From assembly GCA_964547225.1 (NCBI GenBank), contig CAZJMV010000113.1, positions 2,543-66,542 on the forward strand: DNA of 64,000 nt, read 5' to 3'. The number at the start of each line of letters is the position of its first letter. The stretch's first letter is position 1. Below the pieces are notes generated by a model that had not been told where the DNA came from, ran no database searches, and saw only the letters and a program-made list of their open reading frames with translations. This document shows positions 20,431 to 29,020 of the stretch, in pieces. This DNA comes from an uncultured Anaerolineaceae bacterium. GTDB lineage: Bacteria; Chloroflexota; Anaerolineae; Anaerolineales; UBA4823. Both the position numbers and the translations under genes were made by a program.

Positions 20431-22203
20431 TTAGGGATTTTCTTCAGGATTATTGTCGATATCTAGTAAGAGAATCCATCCAATGATTGGACTGTCTTGA
20501 TTCTGATATTCAACAAGCACACATTCCCGATTGAAATTATCAAACCTTCTCTCCATGGGGAGAAATTCTATCGAACTACCCGCTGGTATTCTCCCAGTAG
20601 CTGTATACCCTTCATAACAACCATTTCTCGCCCATACATCCCGGATTGTTATTCCAACGGTTGGGGTAGTCGTAGGAGTGTAGGTTATTGTGGGTGAAGG
20701 ACTAGGAGTCAGCGTTGCTGTGAGGGTTGGTAAGGGTGTTAGGGTATAGGTTGCGGTCGCTGTAGGTGTAGAAGTAGGAGTTAAAGACAGAACATATGAA
20801 TCAAATTGTCCTTTCAACCAAAAACCGATCATGATCGTTATCCCGATCATTAGCAGAATACCAATTATTTTTATCAGATTCATTGAAAGAAAAAATGGGC
20901 TCAGTGTCTTCTTAAGTCGCATAATTTGAGTGTCATCAGGAAAACGTTGACGCACTTCTTGACTGATCTTGGCAGCCTTTCTAGGAAAGTTCTTGTTATT
21001 CTCAAAAGAGATAAATGCTTGATTGATTTCATCTTGATACTGTTCAAATTCAGAAATAAGCTTATCAATTGACTTTGTTAATGGATCAATACCTTCCACG
21101 TTCTTGTCAAGCGTAAGGATCTGCATCACATTTTTTTTCGCCTTTTTTGCAAGTAAAAGACCATCATCGATTGTCGTAGCTCTTTTTGCCTGAGAATAAA
21201 GAGAATCTGCTAGATCCTTCAATGGTGAAATGGCGCGTGGTATAGCAGCGGATAATTGAGGTTTGATACGAAGGATTGCAGGATTTTCACCGTACTCTGC
21301 AATCAACGTATCGAACTCAGTTTTTGCAGCAGCGATCATTTCAGGTTCAATATCAAAACCGCTTATGGAATCCAAAATAGACCGGTACTTATTTTTCAAT
21401 TCGTATAGTTTTTGAGCTTTTTCAGAATATTTAGGTAAACCCGTCATCCTTGCTGCAGTTTCAATGCGTTCGATTGCATCATCAAGGTTGCCATTTTCAA
21501 ACAGCGATAAACCTTCTAGATAAGTTTTTTCTGCATCGATATTTTCCTGTAATTTTTTCTCGAATTCCAATCCTTCTTGCCACCGATGAATTCCATATTT
21601 ACTCAGCGCTTCTTTGGAAGTCTCAATATGTTTCATGGCATCTTCAAAACGACCTGCTCTTGCAGCAGATTGCGCTTTTCCGAAAGCTGAAGCTGCTTCG
21701 GATGGAAGCGCTATTGGTGGAATGTATCCTGTTCTTAAATAATTCTCTGCCTCTTCACGATGTTGTTTTGCTCTTTCCCAACTTGGTTCACGGTAAAGCG
21801 CTTTGTCATAGTTTTTAAGAGCCTCTGCATATCTCCCACTATAAAAATATTTTTCAGCTTCTTCCATATACTCAATTGCTAGAGGATCTCTTGGTTTATT
21901 CGTTTCTTTTTCACTTTTGGTGTTTTGATGGTCCGGTGAACTTTCTTTGGGTTGAATCTGTTCTAATGAATTTTTGTTGTCAGATGCGGGTACTTGGTCA
22001 GAATCCATTTCGTTGATCTTCGACCGATATTTACGTCTAAGTTCTTGTAATAAATCCTTTAATGATTGGTCAATTAAAAGATACTGATCGGATTCAATGA
22101 AATCGCTGATTTCAAGTAGATTCCTTCTAAGGTCAACAATTGAAGTATTGTTTTGAGTGATATCGTTTTCGGCATTTGAAAGCAGTGTATCTAAATCAGT
22201 CAA
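20431..22203 (-). CDS. Single-pass membrane protein: cytoplasmic TPR-like helical region, TM, Pro/Thr-rich linker, small SH3b-like extracytoplasmic domain
   Basis: TPR-like EEAEKYFYSGRYAEALKNYDKAL, the TM segment IIGILLMIGITIMIGFW, the linker LTPTSTPTATATYTLTPLPTLTATLTPSPSPTITYTPTTTPT, then a ~70-aa beta-rich tail (...IIGWILLLDI). No family name recognised. Confidence 0.5.
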   Translation of the reverse strand: MTDLDTLLSNAENDITQNNTSIVDLRRNLLEISDFIESDQYLLIDQSLKDLLQELRRKYRSKINEMDSDQVPASDNKNSLEQIQPKESSPDHQNTKSEKETNKPRDPLAIEYMEEAEKYFYSGRYAEALKNYDKALYREPSWERAKQHREEAENYLRTGYIPPIALPSEAASAFGKAQSAARAGRFEDAMKHIETSKEALSKYGIHRWQEGLEFEKKLQENIDAEKTYLEGLSLFENGNLDDAIERIETAARMTGLPKYSEKAQKLYELKNKYRSILDSISGFDIEPEMIAAAKTEFDTLIAEYGENPAILRIKPQLSAAIPRAISPLKDLADSLYSQAKRATTIDDGLLLAKKAKKNVMQILTLDKNVEGIDPLTKSIDKLISEFEQYQDEINQAFISFENNKNFPRKAAKISQEVRQRFPDDTQIMRLKKTLSPFFLSMNLIKIIGILLMIGITIMIGFWLKGQFDSYVLSLTPTSTPTATATYTLTPLPTLTATLTPSPSPTITYTPTTTPTVGITIRDVWARNGCYEGYTATGRIPAGSSIEFLPMERRFDNFNRECVLVEYQNQDSPIIGWILLLDIDNNPEENP

Positions 22204-22251
22204 TTTTATTCCTTTGATAAGAATTTATTAGATGATGATACCAAATATTTC

Positions 22252-25200
22252 TCATCGGTGATTAATTAATTCCATGAGATTAGAAAATATGTCGAATAAA
22301 TCATTGCGAAGATTTTTTGCATTTTGATATTCGTTGGAAAGCACTTTCTCTAATAGGTCTTTAATATAATCAGGAAGTCTTTGATCATCGTATGTCCAAT
22401 TTGGATGATATCGTTTGGCTGCATTTTCTACTTCGGTGGATAGGTTAGGACCAAGGGGTAATGCGCCAGCTGCTGATCTCCCTGTGAAAATGTGGTGGAG
22501 TCCTCTGGCGCCAAATTGGACTAAATCGAATTGAATATCTTCTCGTGTTAGACCTTCTGGATGACGTTTGGCGATATTCCAATCGATAATGTGGACACCA
22601 TTATGTTCCTCGCTCCAATAATAATGTAGGATTTTATGATCTCTGTACACAATATTGCGACTGTGTATTTCAGATAAGATATCACATATTTGTATAGCGA
22701 TCACTAAACCATTAATGATGGGTTGAAAACGACCTTTGTTATACCCGATATCGTAGGACTTGATGAGGTTGTCTTCATGGGTAAATTCCTCTAGCGCTAG
22801 GTAAGGAATATAACCATCATTGGTATATTTTTCGATGTCCCACAAAAAGTGATGAACTGAGTCACGCCCATAACGAACAACTTCACCATTAATTTCATGG
22901 GATATGGGCGCAATGCTATCGTCAAATTGATCATTTAAATCATCAGATCTAATAAAACCACTTTCATAGAGATTGATGATACCTGGGATATTGTTTAATA
23001 AGGATAATACTTGGATTTCTTCAATGAATAAAGGTAAGGCATATTCGATTTGATCTGGTCTCATTATTTTTATCGCTACTTGATTGGACCTATTATTCAT
23101 GCCTTTTATCTCACCCTGGTAAACACGGGCGGAAGAGCCTTTGGCTTCAGGAGCCCAGGTATCAAGCGGAGTTTTTAGAGAGATATCTTTATTTTCTCCT
23201 AAAAACCCATAGGATATTCCAAAAAGCGTTGGTTGGATTTTCTCGTTTCTACTAATTCTATTTAGATGTATCTTCTTGCTGGAAGATGAAATGATCGGTC
23301 TATTCGGATCCAATTTTGTCAACCAATTAAAATCTTGGAATCCTTCTTTATTTTTCATCAGAGCTTCTGTTGGATCAATATTATTCCGAAGTTCTCGGAG
23401 TATTGACAGGTTAGTATCCAACCAACTCGCTGGTCCGGTTCTAATTCTAATTTCGCGACCTTCAATTTCACACCGAGTAATGAATTCAATTAAAGATTCA
23501 TCTTTTGCTGGTCCTCTTTTTACGATGTCAACCCATTCTTGTGCACTCTGCATAGCTCTATCTGCACTGAATACTCTAATTCTTTCCGGATCAAGAAGAA
23601 GTAATTCTCGTAAACCAAGACGGGCTGATCCAAACTCTTTCTTGTCCCACTTCTCTAAAATAAAATCAACTTGTAAGATTGTGTTTGAAATTGCATTGGA
23701 CAACTCACTTAAGGAATTTGGAATATAATTTTCTAGAAGATGGATATTGTCTTTTAACTCATCATAGCGAATGTCAGCAAGTGGTGGATCTGGTTCGAGT
23801 TCTACCCATCGTTGGCTGATTTTGTCAAATTTCTCTATTAGTTCTTTGAGTAATTGACCATCGATCTTGTCTGAATGATTGATCGATTTTAAGGCAAATA
23901 TCACCCGGTTTAATTCTATTTTTGGTCTTCTTTTTTTATTGCCTACTGCCAGTTTTCTTACTTCTGGAATGATCTGATCAATGATTGAAGATAGATTTTG
24001 ATATAAGCTTTGTTTTTTTAATTCCCAAATAAGAGAAACCCAGTCTTCATTTATCGTGTATATCAGATATTGGATGATTATGCTATTAGATAACTCTAGT
24101 GAAATAATATCTTTCATGATGGATAAAACATCATGATTCAAAAAAGGAATTTTTGTAGGTAGATTTATTAATTGAGAGATTGATTCCAGGTCATTATTTT
24201 CCAAGTAGTTCTTCGCAAGGGCATTGAAATAATCACTGGTAAGAATAAGATCTGGTATTTCACCGTTAAGAAGGAGGTTTTCTTGGATATTTTGAAGTTC
24301 TATAAAGTCTTTGATGATTGCCGGTTCGGAAGCACGAAATTTGGTTTCTTGCTCTTTGAATTCCTTCAGTTCAGCTTCTAGTGAAATTTTTTTTTCCGTG
24401 ATAATTTCTTTCAGATCAAGTATTCCAGATGTATATACTTTTTCTATTGGAAGATCGTTTTGCCAATTAAGTTCTTCATGTAAATTGTTGGAATATCCAG
24501 ATAGCAATTCACTAAATTCATCTAGAAATTGTTGATAATCATTGAGGATTGTGAATTGCTGATCAAAACTTCTCCCATTTTTATCCACGAATTTTGCATT
24601 ACCAAAATCGATTAGTGTGATCGTGTTAAATCTAGGGTTCCAAAAAATGTGATCTAACTTAATATCATTCCAGATGATTCCATTCATCCGTTGATTTTTA
24701 TAAGTAATTGGATTAACGTGAATTGTTTCTAGAAACTCGATGATATTGTCAATGATACGCAACAGGATTAAGGTAGGGATTTTTCTTTCCTGTATGATAC
24801 GGTCAAGCATCAATTGATTTGTATTATCCAATTTCTCCCTTGGAAATTGATTATTTGGTTGATGATTAAGATGACCAAAGTGTATTGATTTAACAATGAA
24901 ACTAAGATCGAATCCACTAGCTACGGATATGACTATAAAAAATTGGTCGGTTAATCCAGTACCAGATCGGCTTCTGTCTAAAATTTTTGGAGTACGAATC
25001 TGATTATTATTTGAGTTAAGTTGTACGATAGTTTCTAGGATCTTTCCTTCTTGCTCAATTTGGGAAGCTTGTCTTACAATATCACCAGCAAATGAGCTAT
25101 AAGAAGGCTTCTTAAGCACTCCTATTGTTGAGTCTGTAAGCGATTCAACAAGGAACACTTCACCAGCATCACCTGCTCCTATTTTATTAACCAGATTCCA

Positions 25201-25308
25201 GGACTGTTTTTGACCTATAAAGATATGGTTTCGAGACATTTTTTTAATATTATTACTTTGATATCTGTCGTATAAGCTCGGTAAATAATGGTTCAAATTA
25301 TAGTACAA
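22252..25308 (-). CDS. Tandem protein-kinase-like domain protein (no TM)
   Basis: Domain 1 has GAGDAGEVF, GVLKKP, WNDIKLDHIFW and LIDFGNA. Domain 2 has KGSSARVY, QVAIKIMRP, IVYRDHKILHYYW and IIDWNIAK. The true start may be ATG 25239 (MSRNHIF), because the track's first codon is a TTG next to a TATAAT hexamer. Confidence 0.65.
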   Translation of the reverse strand: MYYNLNHYLPSLYDRYQSNNIKKMSRNHIFIGQKQSWNLVNKIGAGDAGEVFLVESLTDSTIGVLKKPSYSSFAGDIVRQASQIEQEGKILETIVQLNSNNNQIRTPKILDRSRSGTGLTDQFFIVISVASGFDLSFIVKSIHFGHLNHQPNNQFPREKLDNTNQLMLDRIIQERKIPTLILLRIIDNIIEFLETIHVNPITYKNQRMNGIIWNDIKLDHIFWNPRFNTITLIDFGNAKFVDKNGRSFDQQFTILNDYQQFLDEFSELLSGYSNNLHEELNWQNDLPIEKVYTSGILDLKEIITEKKISLEAELKEFKEQETKFRASEPAIIKDFIELQNIQENLLLNGEIPDLILTSDYFNALAKNYLENNDLESISQLINLPTKIPFLNHDVLSIMKDIISLELSNSIIIQYLIYTINEDWVSLIWELKKQSLYQNLSSIIDQIIPEVRKLAVGNKKRRPKIELNRVIFALKSINHSDKIDGQLLKELIEKFDKISQRWVELEPDPPLADIRYDELKDNIHLLENYIPNSLSELSNAISNTILQVDFILEKWDKKEFGSARLGLRELLLLDPERIRVFSADRAMQSAQEWVDIVKRGPAKDESLIEFITRCEIEGREIRIRTGPASWLDTNLSILRELRNNIDPTEALMKNKEGFQDFNWLTKLDPNRPIISSSSKKIHLNRISRNEKIQPTLFGISYGFLGENKDISLKTPLDTWAPEAKGSSARVYQGEIKGMNNRSNQVAIKIMRPDQIEYALPLFIEEIQVLSLLNNIPGIINLYESGFIRSDDLNDQFDDSIAPISHEINGEVVRYGRDSVHHFLWDIEKYTNDGYIPYLALEEFTHEDNLIKSYDIGYNKGRFQPIINGLVIAIQICDILSEIHSRNIVYRDHKILHYYWSEEHNGVHIIDWNIAKRHPEGLTREDIQFDLVQFGARGLHHIFTGRSAAGALPLGPNLSTEVENAAKRYHPNWTYDDQRLPDYIKDLLEKVLSNEYQNAKNLRNDLFDIFSNLMELINHR

Positions 25309-25425
25309 AACTGATTCTACCTCTTGAAATGATCTTGAATAGAATGCTCATTTGATATTTATAAATGGTTATCAAGAATGTGAAATTTTTAGAAAAAAAA
25401 TCCAATTAATCAAAATTGTTAGGTT

Positions 25426-25445
25426 ATCGTAGGGGAATCGTAGGG
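25426..25445. repeat. Direct repeat ATCGTAGGG x2 with 11-bp period
   Basis: ATCGTAGGG at 25426-25434 and again at 25437-25445, in the 336-bp intergenic region upstream of the kinase-like gene. Confidence 0.6.
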
Positions 25446-25532
25446 TAAACGTATATAAACCGTCAAGCATGAATGTTCGATATTGAGTATCATAATAGGC
25501 GAAATGCGATTTCTCTTCTTCTCCTCCTTAGA

Positions 25533-25561
25533 GAGAGCCGGGAGCGGCGTACCCGGCTCTC
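25533..25561 (-). terminator. GC-rich 10-bp stem hairpin downstream of the ATL gene (a terminator, or part of a small RNA or leader)
   Basis: GAGAGCCGGG (25533-25542) pairs with CCCGGCTCTC (25552-25561) across a 9-nt loop. It stands out in AT-rich surroundings. There is no clean U-run on either strand. Confidence 0.35.
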
Positions 25562-25644
25562 GTTAGTTTAATGTCCTGATCGATTGGTTTGTAAACCTTT
25601 TTTAGTACTTTGAATTATTAGTCTATTTTCGTTAGCTTTTTATC

Positions 25645-26085
25645 TCATTTAATTCTTATTGATTGATCATACTTCCAACCAAAGATATTTTGGTTAATTT
25701 TTCCATTCGATTCAAATTTCACGCCTTCTTTTATGAGTAATTCCTTCTGGATTGTAAAACTATCACCTTTTCGATAACTGATTTCACCTTTGGAATTGAT
25801 CACTCGATGCCACGGCACATCATTTGGGCACTCTGATAAAGCTTTTCCAACCCATAGGGGGGCAAGGAAAAAATAACTACTTGGATTAATATTAGAGGGT
25901 GAAGAAATCATGGCAGCGATACCTCCATATGTGATGACTTTTCCAACAGGTACTCGGCGAACAATATCCCATACCTTTTGATAATATTCCTTTTTCCAAT
26001 CCTGAGGTGGATTTTCTTTAACCATTTTTCTAGCTCTTTCCAGAATTATACAATAATTATTTTTAATCGCTCCTTTATTTTCCAT
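25645..26085 (-). CDS. Alkyltransferase-like protein (MGMT-fold DNA-binding domain without the catalytic Cys)
   Basis: VPVGKVITYGGIA, and PWHRV (25801-25815) where MGMT has PCHRV. The start may be ATG 26025 (MVKENPP), giving 126 aa. Confidence 0.75.
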   Translation of the reverse strand: MENKGAIKNNYCIILERARKMVKENPPQDWKKEYYQKVWDIVRRVPVGKVITYGGIAAMISSPSNINPSSYFFLAPLWVGKALSECPNDVPWHRVINSKGEISYRKGDSFTIQKELLIKEGVKFESNGKINQNIFGWKYDQSIRIK

Positions 26086-26099
26086 ATTCGTATTTGTTA

Positions 26100-26128
26100 T
26101 TCGGAAATAACATCTTCTCAGATATAAT
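26100..26128 (+). promoter_or_regulatory. Possible murJ promoter placing the transcription start at or next to the ATG (leaderless)
   Basis: TATAAT at 26123-26128 lies only 7 nt before ATG 26136. A weak -35, TTCGGA, sits 17 nt upstream. TATAAT-like hexamers are frequent in AT-rich DNA. Confidence 0.3.
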
Positions 26129-26135
26129 TATAAAA

Positions 26136-27722
26136 ATGACTATCTCAGAGAATAATCGCCAAATTGCACGCGCAGCAGGAACTGTGATGTTTGCTTTTGT
26201 GCTTGGTAACCTAGTAGGATTGGTTCGTCAAATCCTAGTTGCAAATGCGTTTGGCACCCAAGCCGAAATTGAAGCTTTTAATGCTGCTAATCGTGTTTCA
26301 GAGACATTGTTCAATTTGATGGCTGGTGGAGCGCTTGCTTCAGCCTTTATTCCTACCTTCACAGGTTTGTTATCAAAAGGTAAACAGTCTAAAGCTTGGC
26401 GATTAGCTTCTTCGATTGCTAATCTAATCTTTCTGATAGTGATGATCATTTCAATATTAACTGCCATCTTTGCACCCTGGATTGTGAGAAATTTATTAGC
26501 TCCTGGATTCGTTGTTGATCCAGAGAAAGAGTTATTAACAATCCAATTATTAAGACTAATGTTACCATCAGCTTTATTGTTTAGTTTAAGTGGGTTGGTT
26601 ATGGGGGTTTTGAATTCCAATCAAATCTTCCTGTACCCAGCTCTAGCTCCATCAATGTATCAGTTGGGATTGATCTTTGGAGTATTGCTGTTATCTCCCC
26701 GATTAGGAATTTATGGATTAGCTTTTGGTGTTATTATTGGAGCTTCTTTGCACCTCTTGATTCAGGTGCCGGTATTATTCAGATTAAACGGGAAATACTA
26801 TCCAACACTTGGATTACGATTTGATTATGTACATGAAGTAGCTAGATTGATGGCGCCAAGATTATTAGGGGTTGGGGTCGTTCAAATTAATTTTTGGGTT
26901 AACACTCGACTTGCATCACAATTTGCAGAAGGAAGTGTGACTAGTTTAGTTTTAGCATTTACTCTAATGCTAATGCCCCAAGTTGCAATTGCCCAATCCA
27001 TTGCCATCGCGGCTATGCCGACTTTCTCTAGACTGATTGCATTGGGCAAGCAAGATGAAATGCGGAGTTCGCTCGCCTCAAGTTTAAGGGGAGTGTTAAT
27101 CTTGTCAATTCCTGCATCGGTTGGATTGATATTATTACGCAAACCAATTATTACTTTGCTCTACCAGCGTGGTGAATTTGATATTCACTCAACTGAATTA
27201 GTTGCATGGGCGCTGCTTTGGTATGCTCTTGGACTTTTTGGTCATGCTTTAGTGGAAATCTTATCTAGGGCTTTTTATTCTTTGCATGATACAAAGACGC
27301 CAGTATTTGTTGGGATTATTGCGATGAGTTTCAATATAATCCTCAACTATGCGATATCTTCATTCTTCTTGAAGATAGGATGGATGGCTCATGGGGGATT
27401 AGCCCTCGCTAATACCATAGCTACTTCTATTGAAGCATTAATCCTAGTTTTTCTTATGCATCGTCGTATACAAGGTATTAATGCAAAATTTATTTCCAAT
27501 GGAGTCTATAAAACCATGATTGCTTCTTTGATTATGGGATTAGGTTTGATTATTTGGATGCATTGGACAGAATATAACTCTATCTGGTTGATTTCGATAG
27601 GTGGTATTGTTATTGGAGGTATGATATTCTTATTTGTGACGATTATTCTTCGTTTAGAAGAAGTTGATCTAATGATGAAATTTGGATTTTCACGTATATC
27701 TAGATTGTTTATATTGAAATAG
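26136..27722 (+). CDS. murJ: Lipid II flippase MurJ
   Basis: IARAAGTVMFAFVLGNLVGLVRQILVANAFG, ~14 TM segments, and RAFYSLHDTKTP, all characteristic of MurJ/MviN. Start moved to ATG 26136. The ORF track starts at TTG 26094. Confidence 0.85.
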   Translation: MTISENNRQIARAAGTVMFAFVLGNLVGLVRQILVANAFGTQAEIEAFNAANRVSETLFNLMAGGALASAFIPTFTGLLSKGKQSKAWRLASSIANLIFLIVMIISILTAIFAPWIVRNLLAPGFVVDPEKELLTIQLLRLMLPSALLFSLSGLVMGVLNSNQIFLYPALAPSMYQLGLIFGVLLLSPRLGIYGLAFGVIIGASLHLLIQVPVLFRLNGKYYPTLGLRFDYVHEVARLMAPRLLGVGVVQINFWVNTRLASQFAEGSVTSLVLAFTLMLMPQVAIAQSIAIAAMPTFSRLIALGKQDEMRSSLASSLRGVLILSIPASVGLILLRKPIITLLYQRGEFDIHSTELVAWALLWYALGLFGHALVEILSRAFYSLHDTKTPVFVGIIAMSFNIILNYAISSFFLKIGWMAHGGLALANTIATSIEALILVFLMHRRIQGINAKFISNGVYKTMIASLIMGLGLIIWMHWTEYNSIWLISIGGIVIGGMIFLFVTIILRLEEVDLMMKFGFSRISRLFILK

Positions 27723-27770
27723 ATAATGATCGATTAACGATCAGAGGTAGATCTGGATTAATATCAAAAG

Positions 27771-28949
27771 ATGAGATTTTGGGAAGATATTCCGTTAAAA
27801 ACTAAAATTTTATTCGTTCTTTTCATTGTCATTCTTTATTGTTTTATTTTAATGATCTTCCTTAGAGTTCGTCAGCAAAACATAAATATGTCAATCGTTG
27901 ACTGGATAACGAGTTCAAAGGAAGTTAATTCGCTTGAGGTACCTTTGCCAGAGCAGGGAAAGGCGAATATTATCTTGGAATTTGAGATGGGTGTTTTTAA
28001 TGGACCTGGTGATGATTATGATTTGTTGGGAGTAATAGAGAAAGGGGTAAATGTTCAAATTGAGGGAACTTCTCAAGATGGGAATTGGTTAGCAATTAGA
28101 ATAGACAAGGAAGATAATATTATCGGATGGTTTAAGAAGGAATCTCTCCAAGTGGAAAATATTGCATTATTACCCGTCCTTAGTAGTTCTGGGGAAGTTA
28201 TCTCAATAAGTACACCTACTCCACTAGTTCCATCTGTCACTGCGTTAATGAAAGCAAGCATTTTGTCTGGACCAGGTTCTACTTATGATGAGCTAGCTAT
28301 TTTAGAAGTTGGTAAAAGTGCAGAAGTGGTTGGAAAAAGTCAGGATGAGCAATGGTGGGTAATTAAAGTACCTTATTTAGATCAAGGTATTGGTTATATA
28401 TCTGCTGAGGAAGTTATTGCAGAATATGTAGATTCAGTACCTGTGGAAGAAATTCCAGTCGTTACAGCAGTGATGAATGTAAATATTCGAAGTGGGCCTG
28501 GTTTAGATTTTAGGATAATTGCTTTGCTTGAAAATGGACAATCAACAACAATATTAGGAAAGAGCGCTGATGAATTGTGGTGGTTTGTGGAAGTACCGGA
28601 AAGCGCTGAAAAAGGCTGGATATCGATAGATTATGTTGTTAGCAATAGTCTTGGAGATGTGCCGGTTATTAATGTTGAAGAAGATAATCAAAAAATTAAT
28701 ATCCCAACGCCAGATTTAAATCAGCCAAGCTTATCCACAAGTGTAAACGTGAATGTACGTAGTGGACCTGGCGAAACATATGATGTATTAACTAGATTAG
28801 AGTATGGAAAGACGGCTTTTATTGTAGGTATTTCTTCTGATAATCGCTGGTGGGCGATTAAGATCCTGAATTCACAACAAGAATATGGTTGGGTTTCAGG
28901 GGATTATGTCATCGTGATTGATGTGGAAGATGTGCCAATATTGGAATAG
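27771..28949 (+). CDS. Membrane-anchored protein with four bacterial SH3 (SH3b) repeats
   Basis: N-terminal TM ILFVLFIVILYCFILMIFL. Four repeats of the pattern (V/I)(N/L)xRSGPG...G....(V/I)xGxSxDxxWWxI(K/E)V...GW(I/V)S. Confidence 0.7.
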   Translation: MRFWEDIPLKTKILFVLFIVILYCFILMIFLRVRQQNINMSIVDWITSSKEVNSLEVPLPEQGKANIILEFEMGVFNGPGDDYDLLGVIEKGVNVQIEGTSQDGNWLAIRIDKEDNIIGWFKKESLQVENIALLPVLSSSGEVISISTPTPLVPSVTALMKASILSGPGSTYDELAILEVGKSAEVVGKSQDEQWWVIKVPYLDQGIGYISAEEVIAEYVDSVPVEEIPVVTAVMNVNIRSGPGLDFRIIALLENGQSTTILGKSADELWWFVEVPESAEKGWISIDYVVSNSLGDVPVINVEEDNQKINIPTPDLNQPSLSTSVNVNVRSGPGETYDVLTRLEYGKTAFIVGISSDNRWWAIKILNSQQEYGWVSGDYVIVIDVEDVPILE

Positions 28950-29020
28950 GATGATTTCATAAAAAAAATTTTTTTATATCAGCTAACTTTAATATCCATA
29001 ATACTTTTTTCTCCTAAGTA

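Noticed and set aside
25297-25302. TATAAT hexamer immediately after the TTG that the ORF track uses as the kinase-like gene's start, considered as its promoter -10.
   Set aside because: There is no acceptable -35 at 16-18 nt. The nearest TTCAAG is 20 nt away. Such hexamers are expected by chance in AT-rich DNA. It is kept only as a reason to doubt the TTG start.
25419-25493. 24-codon minus-strand ORF (MILNIEHSCLTVYIRLPYDSPTIT) downstream of the strong SD-like AAGGAGGAG in the long intergenic region.
   Set aside because: The SD-like run is about 28 nt from the ATG, which is too far for initiation. The peptide has no features, and the ORF spans the ATCGTAGGG repeats, which look regulatory rather than coding.
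28958-28980. Palindrome ATAAAAAAAATTTTTTTAT between the convergent SH3b and PAP2 genes, as a bidirectional terminator.
   Set aside because: The stem would be entirely A-T and thermodynamically negligible. I found no GC-containing hairpin in this 71-bp gap.
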